DNA of 64,000 bases from Candidatus Krumholzibacteriota bacterium (GTDB lineage Bacteria; Krumholzibacteriota; Krumholzibacteriia; JAJRXK01). The notes beneath the pieces were generated by a model. It worked only from the letters and a program-made list of their open reading frames with translations, was not told the origin of the DNA and did no database searches. Where the stretch lies: the NCBI GenBank assembly GCA_963727455.1, contig CAVSGG010000005.1:66081-130080 (forward strand), given 5' to 3'. A program made the position numbers and the translations under genes. Within the stretch, counting starts at the first letter, position 1; each line of letters begins with the position of its first letter. Of the stretch, positions 20,188 through 29,633 are shown in pieces.

Positions 20188-23100
20188 ATGTCACGCGCCC
20201 GAGTCTTTTCGACAGTTCTTTCGTTCCTCGCTCTGATTGTCTTCGCTGCTGGTTCGGCCTGGGCTCAGAACGCAATCGTCACCGAAAACGCACTCCCGGG
20301 AAATCCCCCGAGCGAGTGGGACGTGAGTGGGGCCGGTGACCAGAGCATCCAGGGCTTCGCGACCGACATCAGCGTCGACCAGGGTGAGACCATCGACTTC
20401 AAGATCAGAACCGATGCCAGCAGCTATCGCATCGACATCTATCGGCTCGGCTTTTACGGGGGCGACGGCGCGCGCAAAGTCGCGACGGTTCTTCCCTCGG
20501 CCACCCTGCCCCAGACTCAACCCTCCTGCATCTCGGACTCTGCAACCGGTTGCCTGGACTGCGGAAACTGGGACGTATCCGCCTCGTGGGCCGTGCCCGT
20601 GGACGCCACTTCGGGCATCTACCTCGCCAAGCTAGTGCGTACCGATCCGGAAGACGGACGCGCCAGCCATATCGTCTTCATCGTGCGCGACGATGACGGT
20701 GGTAGCGATCTTCTCTTTCAGACCTCGGACACCACCTGGCAGGCCTACAATCGATGGGGCGAAAGCGATCCGACGGGGGGCTATAGCATCTACGAGGGTC
20801 CCACCGGCAAGGCCGACAAGATCAGTTACAACCGGCCATTCGGTACCCGCGCCTATCCCACCGAAGACTGGCTTTTCAATGCCGAATATCCGATGGTGCG
20901 CTGGCTCGAGCGCAACGGCTTCGATGTGAGCTACTTCACTGACGTCGATACCGATCGTCGTGGCGCCGAGATCCTGGAACACCAGGTCTTCATGTCGGTC
21001 GGCCATGACGAGTACTGGTCCCGTGCCGCCCGCGAGAACGTAACGGCAGCGCGGGATGCGGGCGTGAACCTGGCCTTCTTCAGCGGGAACGAGATCTACT
21101 GGAAGATTCGTTGGGAAGATAGCATCGACGGCAACGGAACACCGATGAGGACCCTCGTGTGTTACAAAGAGGGCGATCTCGGCGAGAACCAGTGTTTCGA
21201 CAAATGTGACCCCGTGTCCGACGTATGGACGGGTCTGTGGAGATCCGGCTGTGACTACACGCCGCCGGCCGACGGCTGTGAGCCCGAGAACGCCCTCTCG
21301 GGACAGATCAGCTGGCTGGGTACCACGGGTGCCATCACCGTGCCCAGCACTTACAAGGATTTACCCCTGTGGCGCAACACCTCCATCGCCACCCTGGGGC
21401 CCGAGGAGACCGCCACGTTTCCCAGCGGGACCCTGGGCTACGAGTGGGACTTCGAGCAGTACGAGGACTCCTATCCGGCGGGCCGGATTCGTATGTCCGA
21501 AACCCACCAGGATGGAGAGACGCATCAGCTCTCGCTGTATCGTCATAGCAGCGGGGCCCTGGTCTTTGGCGCGGGCACCGTCCAGTGGTCATGGGGTCTC
21601 GATGCGAATCACGATCGCTCGGGGGGCGCAGAGGACGCGCGCATGCAGCAAGCCACGGTAAACGTACTCGCGGACATGGGCGTGCAACCGGCGACCCTGC
21701 AGACGGGATTGGTGGCAGCAACTCCTCTTTCGGATTCCACCGCGCCCGTTTCCGTGATCGCATTTCCCACCGACGGCTCTTCGGTGGAAGTCGGTACTCC
21801 GGCCACCATCTCGGGGACCGCTTCGGATAGCGGTGGAGGCGCGGTCGCTTTGATCGAACTCTCCTTCGACGGGGGAGCCACCTGGCAGACGGCCCAGGGG
21901 CTTTCGAATTGGAGCTACCAGTGGACTCCCACCAGTACCGGTCCGGTCACCATCATGAGCCGGGCGACGGACGGAGCCTTCAACACCCAAACTCCCGGGG
22001 CGGGAATCAGCCTCACGGTCGATCCGCACGTCTGCCCCTGCACCCTCTGGAGTGACGCCGTCATTCCGGGAACCATCGATAGCGGCGATGCCTTGGCCGT
22101 GGAACTGGGGATGAAATTCCAGACCGAGGAGAACGGCTACATCACCGCCATTCGCTTCTACAAGGCCGCGACGAACACCGGCGTTCACGTGGGAAATCTG
22201 TGGGCTAGCGATGGCACCTTACTGGGTAGCGCGACCTTCTCGGCCGAGTCCGCTTCCGGTTGGCAGGAGGAGCCGCTCAATCCGCCGGTGGCCGTCACCG
22301 CCAACTCCACCTATGTCGTCTCGTACCACACGAATACGGGTTACTACTCGGTCGATAGCGGATACTTCGCCAGCACCGGTCTGAGCAATCCTCCTCTACG
22401 GGCCCTGGCCGAGGGAGAGGAAGGGAGCAACGGAGTCTACAAATACGGTGCCACCAGTGCCTTCCCGACCGACGCCTTCAACTCGTCCAACTACTGGGTA
22501 GACGTGCGCTTCCACACGAGCGCGGTCGACGATCAAGCGCCCTACCTGACAATTCACAGCCCCGCCACCGGCGCATTGGGAGTTGCGGTGGAAAGCAAGG
22601 TCACCGCGACCTTCAACGAATCGGTCGATCCGTTGAGCGTGGTTTTCGAGTTGCGCGATGCGGGCAACAATCTCGTCACGACCAACTTCAGCTATGACGG
22701 GCCCTCGCGTACGGCGATCCTCGACCCCGCGGTCGATTTGGATTATTCCAGTCAGTACACCGCTACTCTGAGCGACGCGACCGATCTGGCGTCGAACTCG
22801 CTATCCGCGCCGGTGAGTTGGTCGTTCAACACTGAAGATGTGCCGCCGCCGCCTCCCGATGAGGGCCCGGGCGGTCCCATCCTGGTGGTGGGCGATGCGG
22901 CCAATCCCTTCACTCGTTACCCTGCCGAGATTCTGCGCACTGAGGGCTTGAACGCCTTCACCGCCAGCGACATCACTCTCATCGACGCGAGTGTCTTGGC
23001 CAACTACGACGTGGTGATTCTGGGGGAGATGGCGCTCTCCGCCGCACAGGTCACCATGTTCAGCGACTGGGTGAACGCGGGCGGCAATCTCATCGCCCTA

Positions 23101-26100
23101 CGACCGGACAAGCAGCTGGCCTCACTCTTGGGACTGAGCGATGCCAGCGGTACGCTGGACGACGGATATCTGCTGGTAGATACCTCAGTGGGACCGGGAG
23201 TGGGAATTGTCGGTGAGACCATCCAGTACCACAGTAGCGCGGATCTCTACGATCTCGCGGGAGCGACCGCTCTGGCCACCCTCTATTCCGATGCGACCAC
23301 GGCCACGACGCATCCCGCGGTCTCGCTGGTGAGCGTGGGAAGCAACGGCGGTCAGGCAGCCGCCTTCAGCTATGATCTGGCGCGTTCGGTGGTCTACACA
23401 CGTCAGGGAAATCCCGCCTGGGCCGGTCAAGAACGCGACGGCACCACGCCAATCCGTTCGGACGATCTCTTCTTTGGCGATGCCGCAGGCGATCCGCAAG
23501 CGGATTGGGTCGACCTGAACAAGGTCGCGATCCCACAGGCCGACGAACAGCAGCGCCTGCTCGCGAACCTCGTCCTCACGATGAACGAAGATCGCAAACC
23601 TCTGCCGCGATTTTGGTATTTCCCAAGAGGATTGCGTGCGGTAGTGGTAATGACGGGTGACGACCATGGCTCGGGGAGCAACTCGGTTGGTCGTTTCGAC
23701 ATCTACAAGGCGAGTGATCCCTCCGGCTGTTCCGTAGCGGACTGGGAATGCGTGCGAGCGAGCACCTATCTTTATCCCGCGTCGGGGGGAATGACCGACG
23801 CTCAGGCGGTCTATTACCAATCCCTGGGATTCGAGATTGGAGTGCACGTCACAACCTCCTGTGGAGATTGGACCGAGTCCTCCTTGGCCTCGGACTACAC
23901 CCAGCAACTGGGTGACTTCTACACTCTGTTTCCCAGTATGCCCACGCCGGATTCGGAGCGTACGCACTGCATCGCCTGGAGCGAGTGGGCCACCCAACCC
24001 AAGATCGAGCTTCAGAACGGCATCCGCCTGGATACCAACTACTACTACTGGCCGGGAAGCTGGCTGCAGGATCGACCGGGCATGTTCACCGGCTCGGGAA
24101 TGCCCATGCGTTTCGCCGATCTCGATGGAACGATGATCGATGTATATCAGGCGACGACACAGATGACGGACGAGTCGGATCAGAGCTTCCCCTACACCAT
24201 CGACACGCTCCTCGATCGGGCCCAGGGACCCGAAGGATACTTCGGATTCTTCACCGCCAACATGCACAACGACAGCGTCACGCATGCCTCCGCATCGGCG
24301 ATCATCGCCTCCGCGCAAGCGCGCGGGGTGCCGGTGATCTCCGCTCGTCAATTGCTCACCTGGATCGATGCGCGCAACAGCTCGTCGTTCTCCAACCTGG
24401 TGTGGTCCTCGAATACCCTGAATTTCGACGTTGCCCGTTCCGCCTCGGCCCTGAATCTCGAAGGAATGATCCCTGTGCAGGTGGGGGCGGCAACTCTGCA
24501 GAGCCTCAGTGGGGACCTTGGATCGGTCTGGGAGCGCACGGAGATCATCAAGGGCATTCAGTACGCGATCTTTCCCGCCGAGAGTGGCAGCTACGTTGCC
24601 ACTTACGAAGTGGACACGACACCGCCGGTGATCAGCAACGTGAACGCGGCTCCCGCGATCGATGGAACTGCAGTGATCACCTGGGATACCGACGAAGCGG
24701 CTAGCTCGCGGGTGGACTATGGCACTGATGCGGGCAACCTGAATCTCAGCGTGTCCGACGCGACCCTGGAGAGCAGCCACAGTTTGACCCTGACCGGGCT
24801 GGCTTCCGCGACGACCTACTACTATCGGGTGAGCTCGGCCGACGCAGGCGCATTGCTCAGCACCGAACCGCCCACCGGAAACGCTCCGCTGAGCTTCCTG
24901 ACCCCGGTGGGGCCCTGTCTGAACGATGCCACGGTGGCCGATTTCGCGGCCGGAACGCCCGATGCCAATGTCTACATTTCCAAGATCTTCGACGGCGAGC
25001 TCACCCTCGCGCCGACCGAGGTGGCGGAATTTGATGGCAGCGCCGTGCCGGCAGGTTGGAACAGCGGACTGTGGGATCCCTCCGGCAGCGCGACGGTTTC
25101 CGGTGGAGTCCTCACGCTCGATGCGGCCTATACGGGCACTGACCAGGTCTACGGTCCTGATCGGGCAGTGGAGTTTGCGGGCACCTTCCAGAACGTCGGA
25201 GGCCAGCACTGTGGTTTTGGCGTGACCTTCAACGAAACCAACTGGGCGATCTTCAGCACCGGCGTCAGCGGGGGCACGCTCTACGCCAGGGTGGCCGATG
25301 GCGGCACGCTCATCGACTTCGACTTGGGCTCTTCCACGCTGGGAAGCGAGCATCTCTATCGCATCGAATGGGCAAGCTCCGAGGTGAGGTTCTACATCGA
25401 TGACGTTCTGGTTCATACCGAGTCCATCGTGCTCAGTACCTCCATGCGCCCTCTGGCCAGTGATCTCAACCCCGGCGGACCGGATCTTACGATCGACTGG
25501 ATGCGCATGTCGCCGTATGCATCCTCGGGTACCTATCTCTCGCGAGTGTACGATGGGGGGGAGGCAACCAACTGGGGCATGATCAACTGGGACGCCGTGG
25601 AACCGCTCAATACGAGCGTGAGTGTGGCGGTGCGCATTGGCAATACTGCAACCCCCGATGCTTCCTGGTCTCCCTTCGGTGTCATCGCCAATCCAGGTGA
25701 CGTGGTGGGCGGCAACAGTCGCTACGTACAGTACCGCGTCATTCTGACGAGCTCGAATCCTCTGAACAACCCCCTCCAGAAAGATGTGGTACTCGAGTGT
25801 GCCCCGGGACCGGATGTCGATCCTCCGGTGATCCTGAACGTGGTGGCAACACCATCCATCGACGGAACCGCGGCCACTGTAAGCTGGACCACCTTGGAGG
25901 CAGCGGATTCGCGGGTAGATTACGATACCTCACCGACGCCGCTGACACTGCAGGAAAGTGACGCCTCTCTGGTGTTCAATCACTCGGTGGATCTGACCGG
26001 ACTTACCCCGGGACAAACCTATTACTTCCGGGTCAGCTCGGCGGACGCAGCCAGCAACAGTGCCACCGAGCCGATCCTCGCGGATCCAGCGCTGAGCTTC

Positions 26101-28362
26101 ACGACACCGGCGCCCGCGTGCGCGATGGTGAGCACGAGCGGCGAATTCGCGGCGGGAAGTTCGGATGCCGGCATCACTGTGGCCGAGATCGACGATGGTG
26201 CCCTCATTTTGACCCCCACCGAGGGTTCAGATTTCAGCGGCACGAGCCTGCCTTCGGGTTGGCAGAGCACACCTTGGGTCGCCGGAGGCGGAGGAGTGGT
26301 GAGCGGGGGCGTCCTCTCGGTGGACGGTGCTCTTGTCGGTACGAACACGGTCTATTCGCCGGGACGGGTCCTGGAATTCCAGGCGACCTTCGGCCCCGAG
26401 ATTTTCCAACACGTGGGCTTTGCGGTGGATTTCGACACCGTGGATAGCTGGGCCATGTTCTCGACTTCCAATCAGACCAGCGATCTCTATGCTCGCACTT
26501 CTCCGGGAGGGGCCGACGTCAACCTGGGTAGTGGCTACGTGGGAAGTTCGCATCTCTATCGCATCGAGTGGAATGCCGATAGCGTCCTGTTCTACATCGA
26601 TGGAGTGCTGGTCAACACCCAGAACGTGAGTATCGCCACCGACATGCGGCCCGTCGCCAGCGACGTTCACTACAACGATGGCAATCTCATCGCAATTGAC
26701 TGGCTGCGGATGACGCCCTACGCCTCATCCGGCACTTGGGAATCGACGATTCACGATACGGGGCAGTCCAATTCCACCTGGCATACTCTGAGCTGGACGC
26801 AGAACGTGCCGGACGGAACTTCAGTTGTGGTGAGTTCTCGCGCTGGCGACACGCCGACACCCGATGGAAGTTGGAGCAGCTACACTCCGGTGGCCTCCTC
26901 CGGGACGGACCTCGCTCTCGCAGGGCAGTACCTGCAACTCCGGGTGCAGCTCTCCAGTCTCGATGGCACTGCGACCCCGGTCTTCGAGGACTACTCGGTC
27001 ACCTGCACCGGCTGTCTCGACAACACACCGCCGGACGCCTTGACGAACCTGACGGCGACTCAGGTCAAGTCGGGCAATCCGGTGGGCCAACTCACACAGA
27101 TCACCGTGAGTTGGAGCGGAAGTGAGCCGGGTTCTACCGTGGAAGTGTTCCGCAAAGGCTTCGGTGACTATCCCGCATACGATGACGGACCCACCCCAGG
27201 AGTTGCGCCCACGTTGCCGGCCGATCCGGCGGCGGCAGCGAGTGAGGGTTGGAGTTCGGTATATCAAGGCTCCGGTCTCGAGTTCACAGAGTTGCCTCCC
27301 TCGCGTGACTTCTGGTATTACGTCGCATTCGTCACTGACGCCTGCGAGAATGTCTCGGCCGTCTCGAACATGACGACAGGCACCTTGAGCTATCATCTGG
27401 GCGACGTGTCGGATGGAGTGACCGCAGGGACGGGAAACAACGATGTGGCCCTCGAGGACATCTCTTACCTCGGCGCTCATTACGGAACAAGCCGCGGCGA
27501 GGCCCTCTACGAAGCGGCCCTGGATGTGGGACCAACGAGCACGACGACCATCGATGGCCGTCCGACGACCGATGGTCTTATAGGCTTTGAGGATCTCATC
27601 CTGTTCGCGATCAACTTCGGCGTCGTTTCCAAACAGGAGACCGCTTGGACCCCGCCCAAGACGGCAGGCATCAACTCTCTGGTGTGGCAAGCGCCGGCGA
27701 CTCTGCCGGCGGCGGGAGAGGTGGTCGATCTACCGCTCGTCATGGATGGTAATGGGGCCGTGCTGGGACTCAGCACGCGATTGCAGTGGGATCATTCAGT
27801 CTTGGCCTTCCAGGGTTTCTACGCAGGAGAGCTTCTCTCCAAGCAGGAGGGCACGGAGCTTCTTTTGCAGCCGGAAGAGGGTGTGATGGATCTGACTCTG
27901 TTGGGCGTGCGAGAGAGGGGGATCCAGGGAAGGGGAATCCTTGCTCACGCGAGCTTCAAGGTGCTTAAACAGGCCGATCCAGGGTTTGCGACCGGAGAAG
28001 TCGTTGCGCGTGATCTCAACAACACAAAGGTGGATGTGACGGTGGAACTGTCGCATGACCAGGCGCCTGTGATCAGCAGACCGCTCGTGACGGCTCTTCA
28101 CCCGAACTATCCGAACCCCTTCAACCCCAGCACCTCGATCGCTTTCGATTTGGCCCGAAGTGGACCGGTCTCGCTGAAAATTTACAGCGTGAGCGGCCGC
28201 CTGGTAAGAACTCTGATCAACGAGCTCCGTCCGGCCGGCAGTTTCGTCGAGGTGTGGAATGGAACCGATGACACGGGGCGTGGAGTGGCCTCGGGCAGCT
28301 ACCTGGTGCGGCTCCACACCGAGGCGGGATCACAGATTCAGCGGATGATCCTGAGCAAGTAA
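20188..28362 (+). CDS. 2724-aa secreted multidomain surface protein
   Basis: Signal peptide. N-terminal segment IVTENALPGNPPSEWDV...YRIDIYRLGFYGGDGARKV. DUF4082-like CPCTLW...NYWVDVRF at 22033-22512. Two 400-aa tandem modules. Dockerin-like segment at 27397-27621 (GDVSDG...DGLIGFEDLILFAINFG). Cohesin-like segment at 27679-28050. C-terminal domain HPNYPNPFNPSTSIAFDL...GSYLVRLHTEAGSQIQRMILSK at 28084-28359. Confidence 0.85.
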   Translation: MSRARVFSTVLSFLALIVFAAGSAWAQNAIVTENALPGNPPSEWDVSGAGDQSIQGFATDISVDQGETIDFKIRTDASSYRIDIYRLGFYGGDGARKVATVLPSATLPQTQPSCISDSATGCLDCGNWDVSASWAVPVDATSGIYLAKLVRTDPEDGRASHIVFIVRDDDGGSDLLFQTSDTTWQAYNRWGESDPTGGYSIYEGPTGKADKISYNRPFGTRAYPTEDWLFNAEYPMVRWLERNGFDVSYFTDVDTDRRGAEILEHQVFMSVGHDEYWSRAARENVTAARDAGVNLAFFSGNEIYWKIRWEDSIDGNGTPMRTLVCYKEGDLGENQCFDKCDPVSDVWTGLWRSGCDYTPPADGCEPENALSGQISWLGTTGAITVPSTYKDLPLWRNTSIATLGPEETATFPSGTLGYEWDFEQYEDSYPAGRIRMSETHQDGETHQLSLYRHSSGALVFGAGTVQWSWGLDANHDRSGGAEDARMQQATVNVLADMGVQPATLQTGLVAATPLSDSTAPVSVIAFPTDGSSVEVGTPATISGTASDSGGGAVALIELSFDGGATWQTAQGLSNWSYQWTPTSTGPVTIMSRATDGAFNTQTPGAGISLTVDPHVCPCTLWSDAVIPGTIDSGDALAVELGMKFQTEENGYITAIRFYKAATNTGVHVGNLWASDGTLLGSATFSAESASGWQEEPLNPPVAVTANSTYVVSYHTNTGYYSVDSGYFASTGLSNPPLRALAEGEEGSNGVYKYGATSAFPTDAFNSSNYWVDVRFHTSAVDDQAPYLTIHSPATGALGVAVESKVTATFNESVDPLSVVFELRDAGNNLVTTNFSYDGPSRTAILDPAVDLDYSSQYTATLSDATDLASNSLSAPVSWSFNTEDVPPPPPDEGPGGPILVVGDAANPFTRYPAEILRTEGLNAFTASDITLIDASVLANYDVVILGEMALSAAQVTMFSDWVNAGGNLIALRPDKQLASLLGLSDASGTLDDGYLLVDTSVGPGVGIVGETIQYHSSADLYDLAGATALATLYSDATTATTHPAVSLVSVGSNGGQAAAFSYDLARSVVYTRQGNPAWAGQERDGTTPIRSDDLFFGDAAGDPQADWVDLNKVAIPQADEQQRLLANLVLTMNEDRKPLPRFWYFPRGLRAVVVMTGDDHGSGSNSVGRFDIYKASDPSGCSVADWECVRASTYLYPASGGMTDAQAVYYQSLGFEIGVHVTTSCGDWTESSLASDYTQQLGDFYTLFPSMPTPDSERTHCIAWSEWATQPKIELQNGIRLDTNYYYWPGSWLQDRPGMFTGSGMPMRFADLDGTMIDVYQATTQMTDESDQSFPYTIDTLLDRAQGPEGYFGFFTANMHNDSVTHASASAIIASAQARGVPVISARQLLTWIDARNSSSFSNLVWSSNTLNFDVARSASALNLEGMIPVQVGAATLQSLSGDLGSVWERTEIIKGIQYAIFPAESGSYVATYEVDTTPPVISNVNAAPAIDGTAVITWDTDEAASSRVDYGTDAGNLNLSVSDATLESSHSLTLTGLASATTYYYRVSSADAGALLSTEPPTGNAPLSFLTPVGPCLNDATVADFAAGTPDANVYISKIFDGELTLAPTEVAEFDGSAVPAGWNSGLWDPSGSATVSGGVLTLDAAYTGTDQVYGPDRAVEFAGTFQNVGGQHCGFGVTFNETNWAIFSTGVSGGTLYARVADGGTLIDFDLGSSTLGSEHLYRIEWASSEVRFYIDDVLVHTESIVLSTSMRPLASDLNPGGPDLTIDWMRMSPYASSGTYLSRVYDGGEATNWGMINWDAVEPLNTSVSVAVRIGNTATPDASWSPFGVIANPGDVVGGNSRYVQYRVILTSSNPLNNPLQKDVVLECAPGPDVDPPVILNVVATPSIDGTAATVSWTTLEAADSRVDYDTSPTPLTLQESDASLVFNHSVDLTGLTPGQTYYFRVSSADAASNSATEPILADPALSFTTPAPACAMVSTSGEFAAGSSDAGITVAEIDDGALILTPTEGSDFSGTSLPSGWQSTPWVAGGGGVVSGGVLSVDGALVGTNTVYSPGRVLEFQATFGPEIFQHVGFAVDFDTVDSWAMFSTSNQTSDLYARTSPGGADVNLGSGYVGSSHLYRIEWNADSVLFYIDGVLVNTQNVSIATDMRPVASDVHYNDGNLIAIDWLRMTPYASSGTWESTIHDTGQSNSTWHTLSWTQNVPDGTSVVVSSRAGDTPTPDGSWSSYTPVASSGTDLALAGQYLQLRVQLSSLDGTATPVFEDYSVTCTGCLDNTPPDALTNLTATQVKSGNPVGQLTQITVSWSGSEPGSTVEVFRKGFGDYPAYDDGPTPGVAPTLPADPAAAASEGWSSVYQGSGLEFTELPPSRDFWYYVAFVTDACENVSAVSNMTTGTLSYHLGDVSDGVTAGTGNNDVALEDISYLGAHYGTSRGEALYEAALDVGPTSTTTIDGRPTTDGLIGFEDLILFAINFGVVSKQETAWTPPKTAGINSLVWQAPATLPAAGEVVDLPLVMDGNGAVLGLSTRLQWDHSVLAFQGFYAGELLSKQEGTELLLQPEEGVMDLTLLGVRERGIQGRGILAHASFKVLKQADPGFATGEVVARDLNNTKVDVTVELSHDQAPVISRPLVTALHPNYPNPFNPSTSIAFDLARSGPVSLKIYSVSGRLVRTLINELRPAGSFVEVWNGTDDTGRGVASGSYLVRLHTEAGSQIQRMILSK
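24613..25812 (+). repeat. tandem 400-aa module, copy 1 (FN3-like + ConA/LamG-like + beta-sandwich) inside the giant ORF
   Basis: Starts at DTTPPVISNV. Contains YYYRVSSAD, HLYRIEWASSEVRFYIDDVLVHTE and IDWMRMSPYASSGT. Confidence 0.8.
25813..27018 (+). repeat. tandem 400-aa module, copy 2
   Basis: Starts at DVDPPVILNV, exactly 1200 nt after copy 1. Contains YYFRVSSAD, HLYRIEWNADSVLFYIDGVLVNTQ and IDWLRMTPYASSGT. The copies are divergent, so the repeat is at protein level rather than DNA level. Confidence 0.8.
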
Positions 28363-28370
28363 GCCAACCC

Positions 28371-29597
28371 TTGTCTGAACGCTCGACTCGATTGCACCGC
28401 AAGCTTCATCCGGGCGAATTCGTCGCCCTGATGGCTTTGATGACCTCCCTGGTGGCGTTGTCGATCGACGGAATGCTTCCCGCGCTGGCGCCGATTGGCC
28501 GCGATCTGGGCGCCAGCGCCGCCAACCAAACTCAATGGGTGGTCACGGCGCTTCTCATCGGATTGGCACTGGGACAGCTCGTCTACGGTCCCCTCAGTGA
28601 CAGCACTGGTCGCAAGGGCCCCGTGCACGTGGGCCTGATCCTCTTCGCCGTAGGTTGCCTACTCTGCATCGTGGCGGGCGACTTTCGTACCATGCTGGCG
28701 GGACGGTTGCTGCAGGGCCTGGGCGCGGCAGGGCCACGCAGCGTCTCCATCGCCCTCATCCGCGACCTTCACGCTGGTCGCGAGATGGCCAAGATCATGT
28801 CTCTCATCATGTCGGTGTTCATCCTGGTGCCCATCCTGGCACCGGCGGTGGGGGAGCTCATTCTGCTGCTCGTAAACTGGCGCGGGATCTTCGGGTTCTT
28901 TCTTTTGCTCTCGCTTCTGGTGTTGTTCTGGTTCGCGCTGCGTCAACCCGAGACGCTGCCGCGTCAACGCAGAAAGCCATTCACTTTCAGGAAACTCGGC
29001 AGGACAGTGGCAGTGGTCCTGCGGGACCGGGCCGCCATTGGCTTCACCTTGACTTCCGGGATCTCCTCGGGCGCCTTCATCGGCTATCTCAGTTCGGCCC
29101 AGCAGATCTTCCAGGACGTCTACCAAGTAGGCTCGCGCTTCGCCCTGTACTTTGCGATTCTGGCCGCGTCGATCGGCCTGGCTGCGCTACTGAACGGTCG
29201 GCTTGTGATGCGCTTGGGGATGATCCGGCTCTCCACCTGGGCATTACGCTCGATTTGCGTTTTGTCGGCTGCGTTTCTTCTGGCCTCATTCGGCTTGCCC
29301 GGCAAGCTGGGTCTCCTCTGGTTCATGGTCTACATGATTCTGACCTTCTTCTGTGTGGGGATCCTCTTTGGCAACATGAACGCGCTGGCCATGGAGACCC
29401 TGGGCGAAATCGCCGGCGTGGGAGCTGCGGTGGTGGCCTCCGTCTCGCTCTCGGTTTCGATCGTCTTGGGCGCAATCATCGGTCAGAGCTTCAACGGCAC
29501 CGTCATCCCCCTGGTGGGCGGATTTGCCCTGTTGAGTCTCTGCAGCCTACCTCTCATCGCCTGGGCGGACCGTGGCCGGATCACCCATGGCGTGTGA
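28371..29597 (+). CDS. MFS transporter, Bcr/CflA-like drug-resistance subfamily
   Basis: Multi-TM protein with LVALSIDGMLPALAPIGRDLG and GPLSDSTGRKGP. A TTG start at 28371 is needed to include TM1. Confidence 0.85.
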   Translation: MSERSTRLHRKLHPGEFVALMALMTSLVALSIDGMLPALAPIGRDLGASAANQTQWVVTALLIGLALGQLVYGPLSDSTGRKGPVHVGLILFAVGCLLCIVAGDFRTMLAGRLLQGLGAAGPRSVSIALIRDLHAGREMAKIMSLIMSVFILVPILAPAVGELILLLVNWRGIFGFFLLLSLLVLFWFALRQPETLPRQRRKPFTFRKLGRTVAVVLRDRAAIGFTLTSGISSGAFIGYLSSAQQIFQDVYQVGSRFALYFAILAASIGLAALLNGRLVMRLGMIRLSTWALRSICVLSAAFLLASFGLPGKLGLLWFMVYMILTFFCVGILFGNMNALAMETLGEIAGVGAAVVASVSLSVSIVLGAIIGQSFNGTVIPLVGGFALLSLCSLPLIAWADRGRITHGV

Positions 29598-29633
29598 AGC
29601 GAATTCACATGGACCGTGAAGATCGTGGCAAGA

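Noticed and set aside
23185-25416. 743-aa minus-strand ORF inside the giant gene.
   Set aside because: It is antisense to a frame with clear domain repeats. It has an Arg/Gly/His-rich low-complexity composition and no start context.
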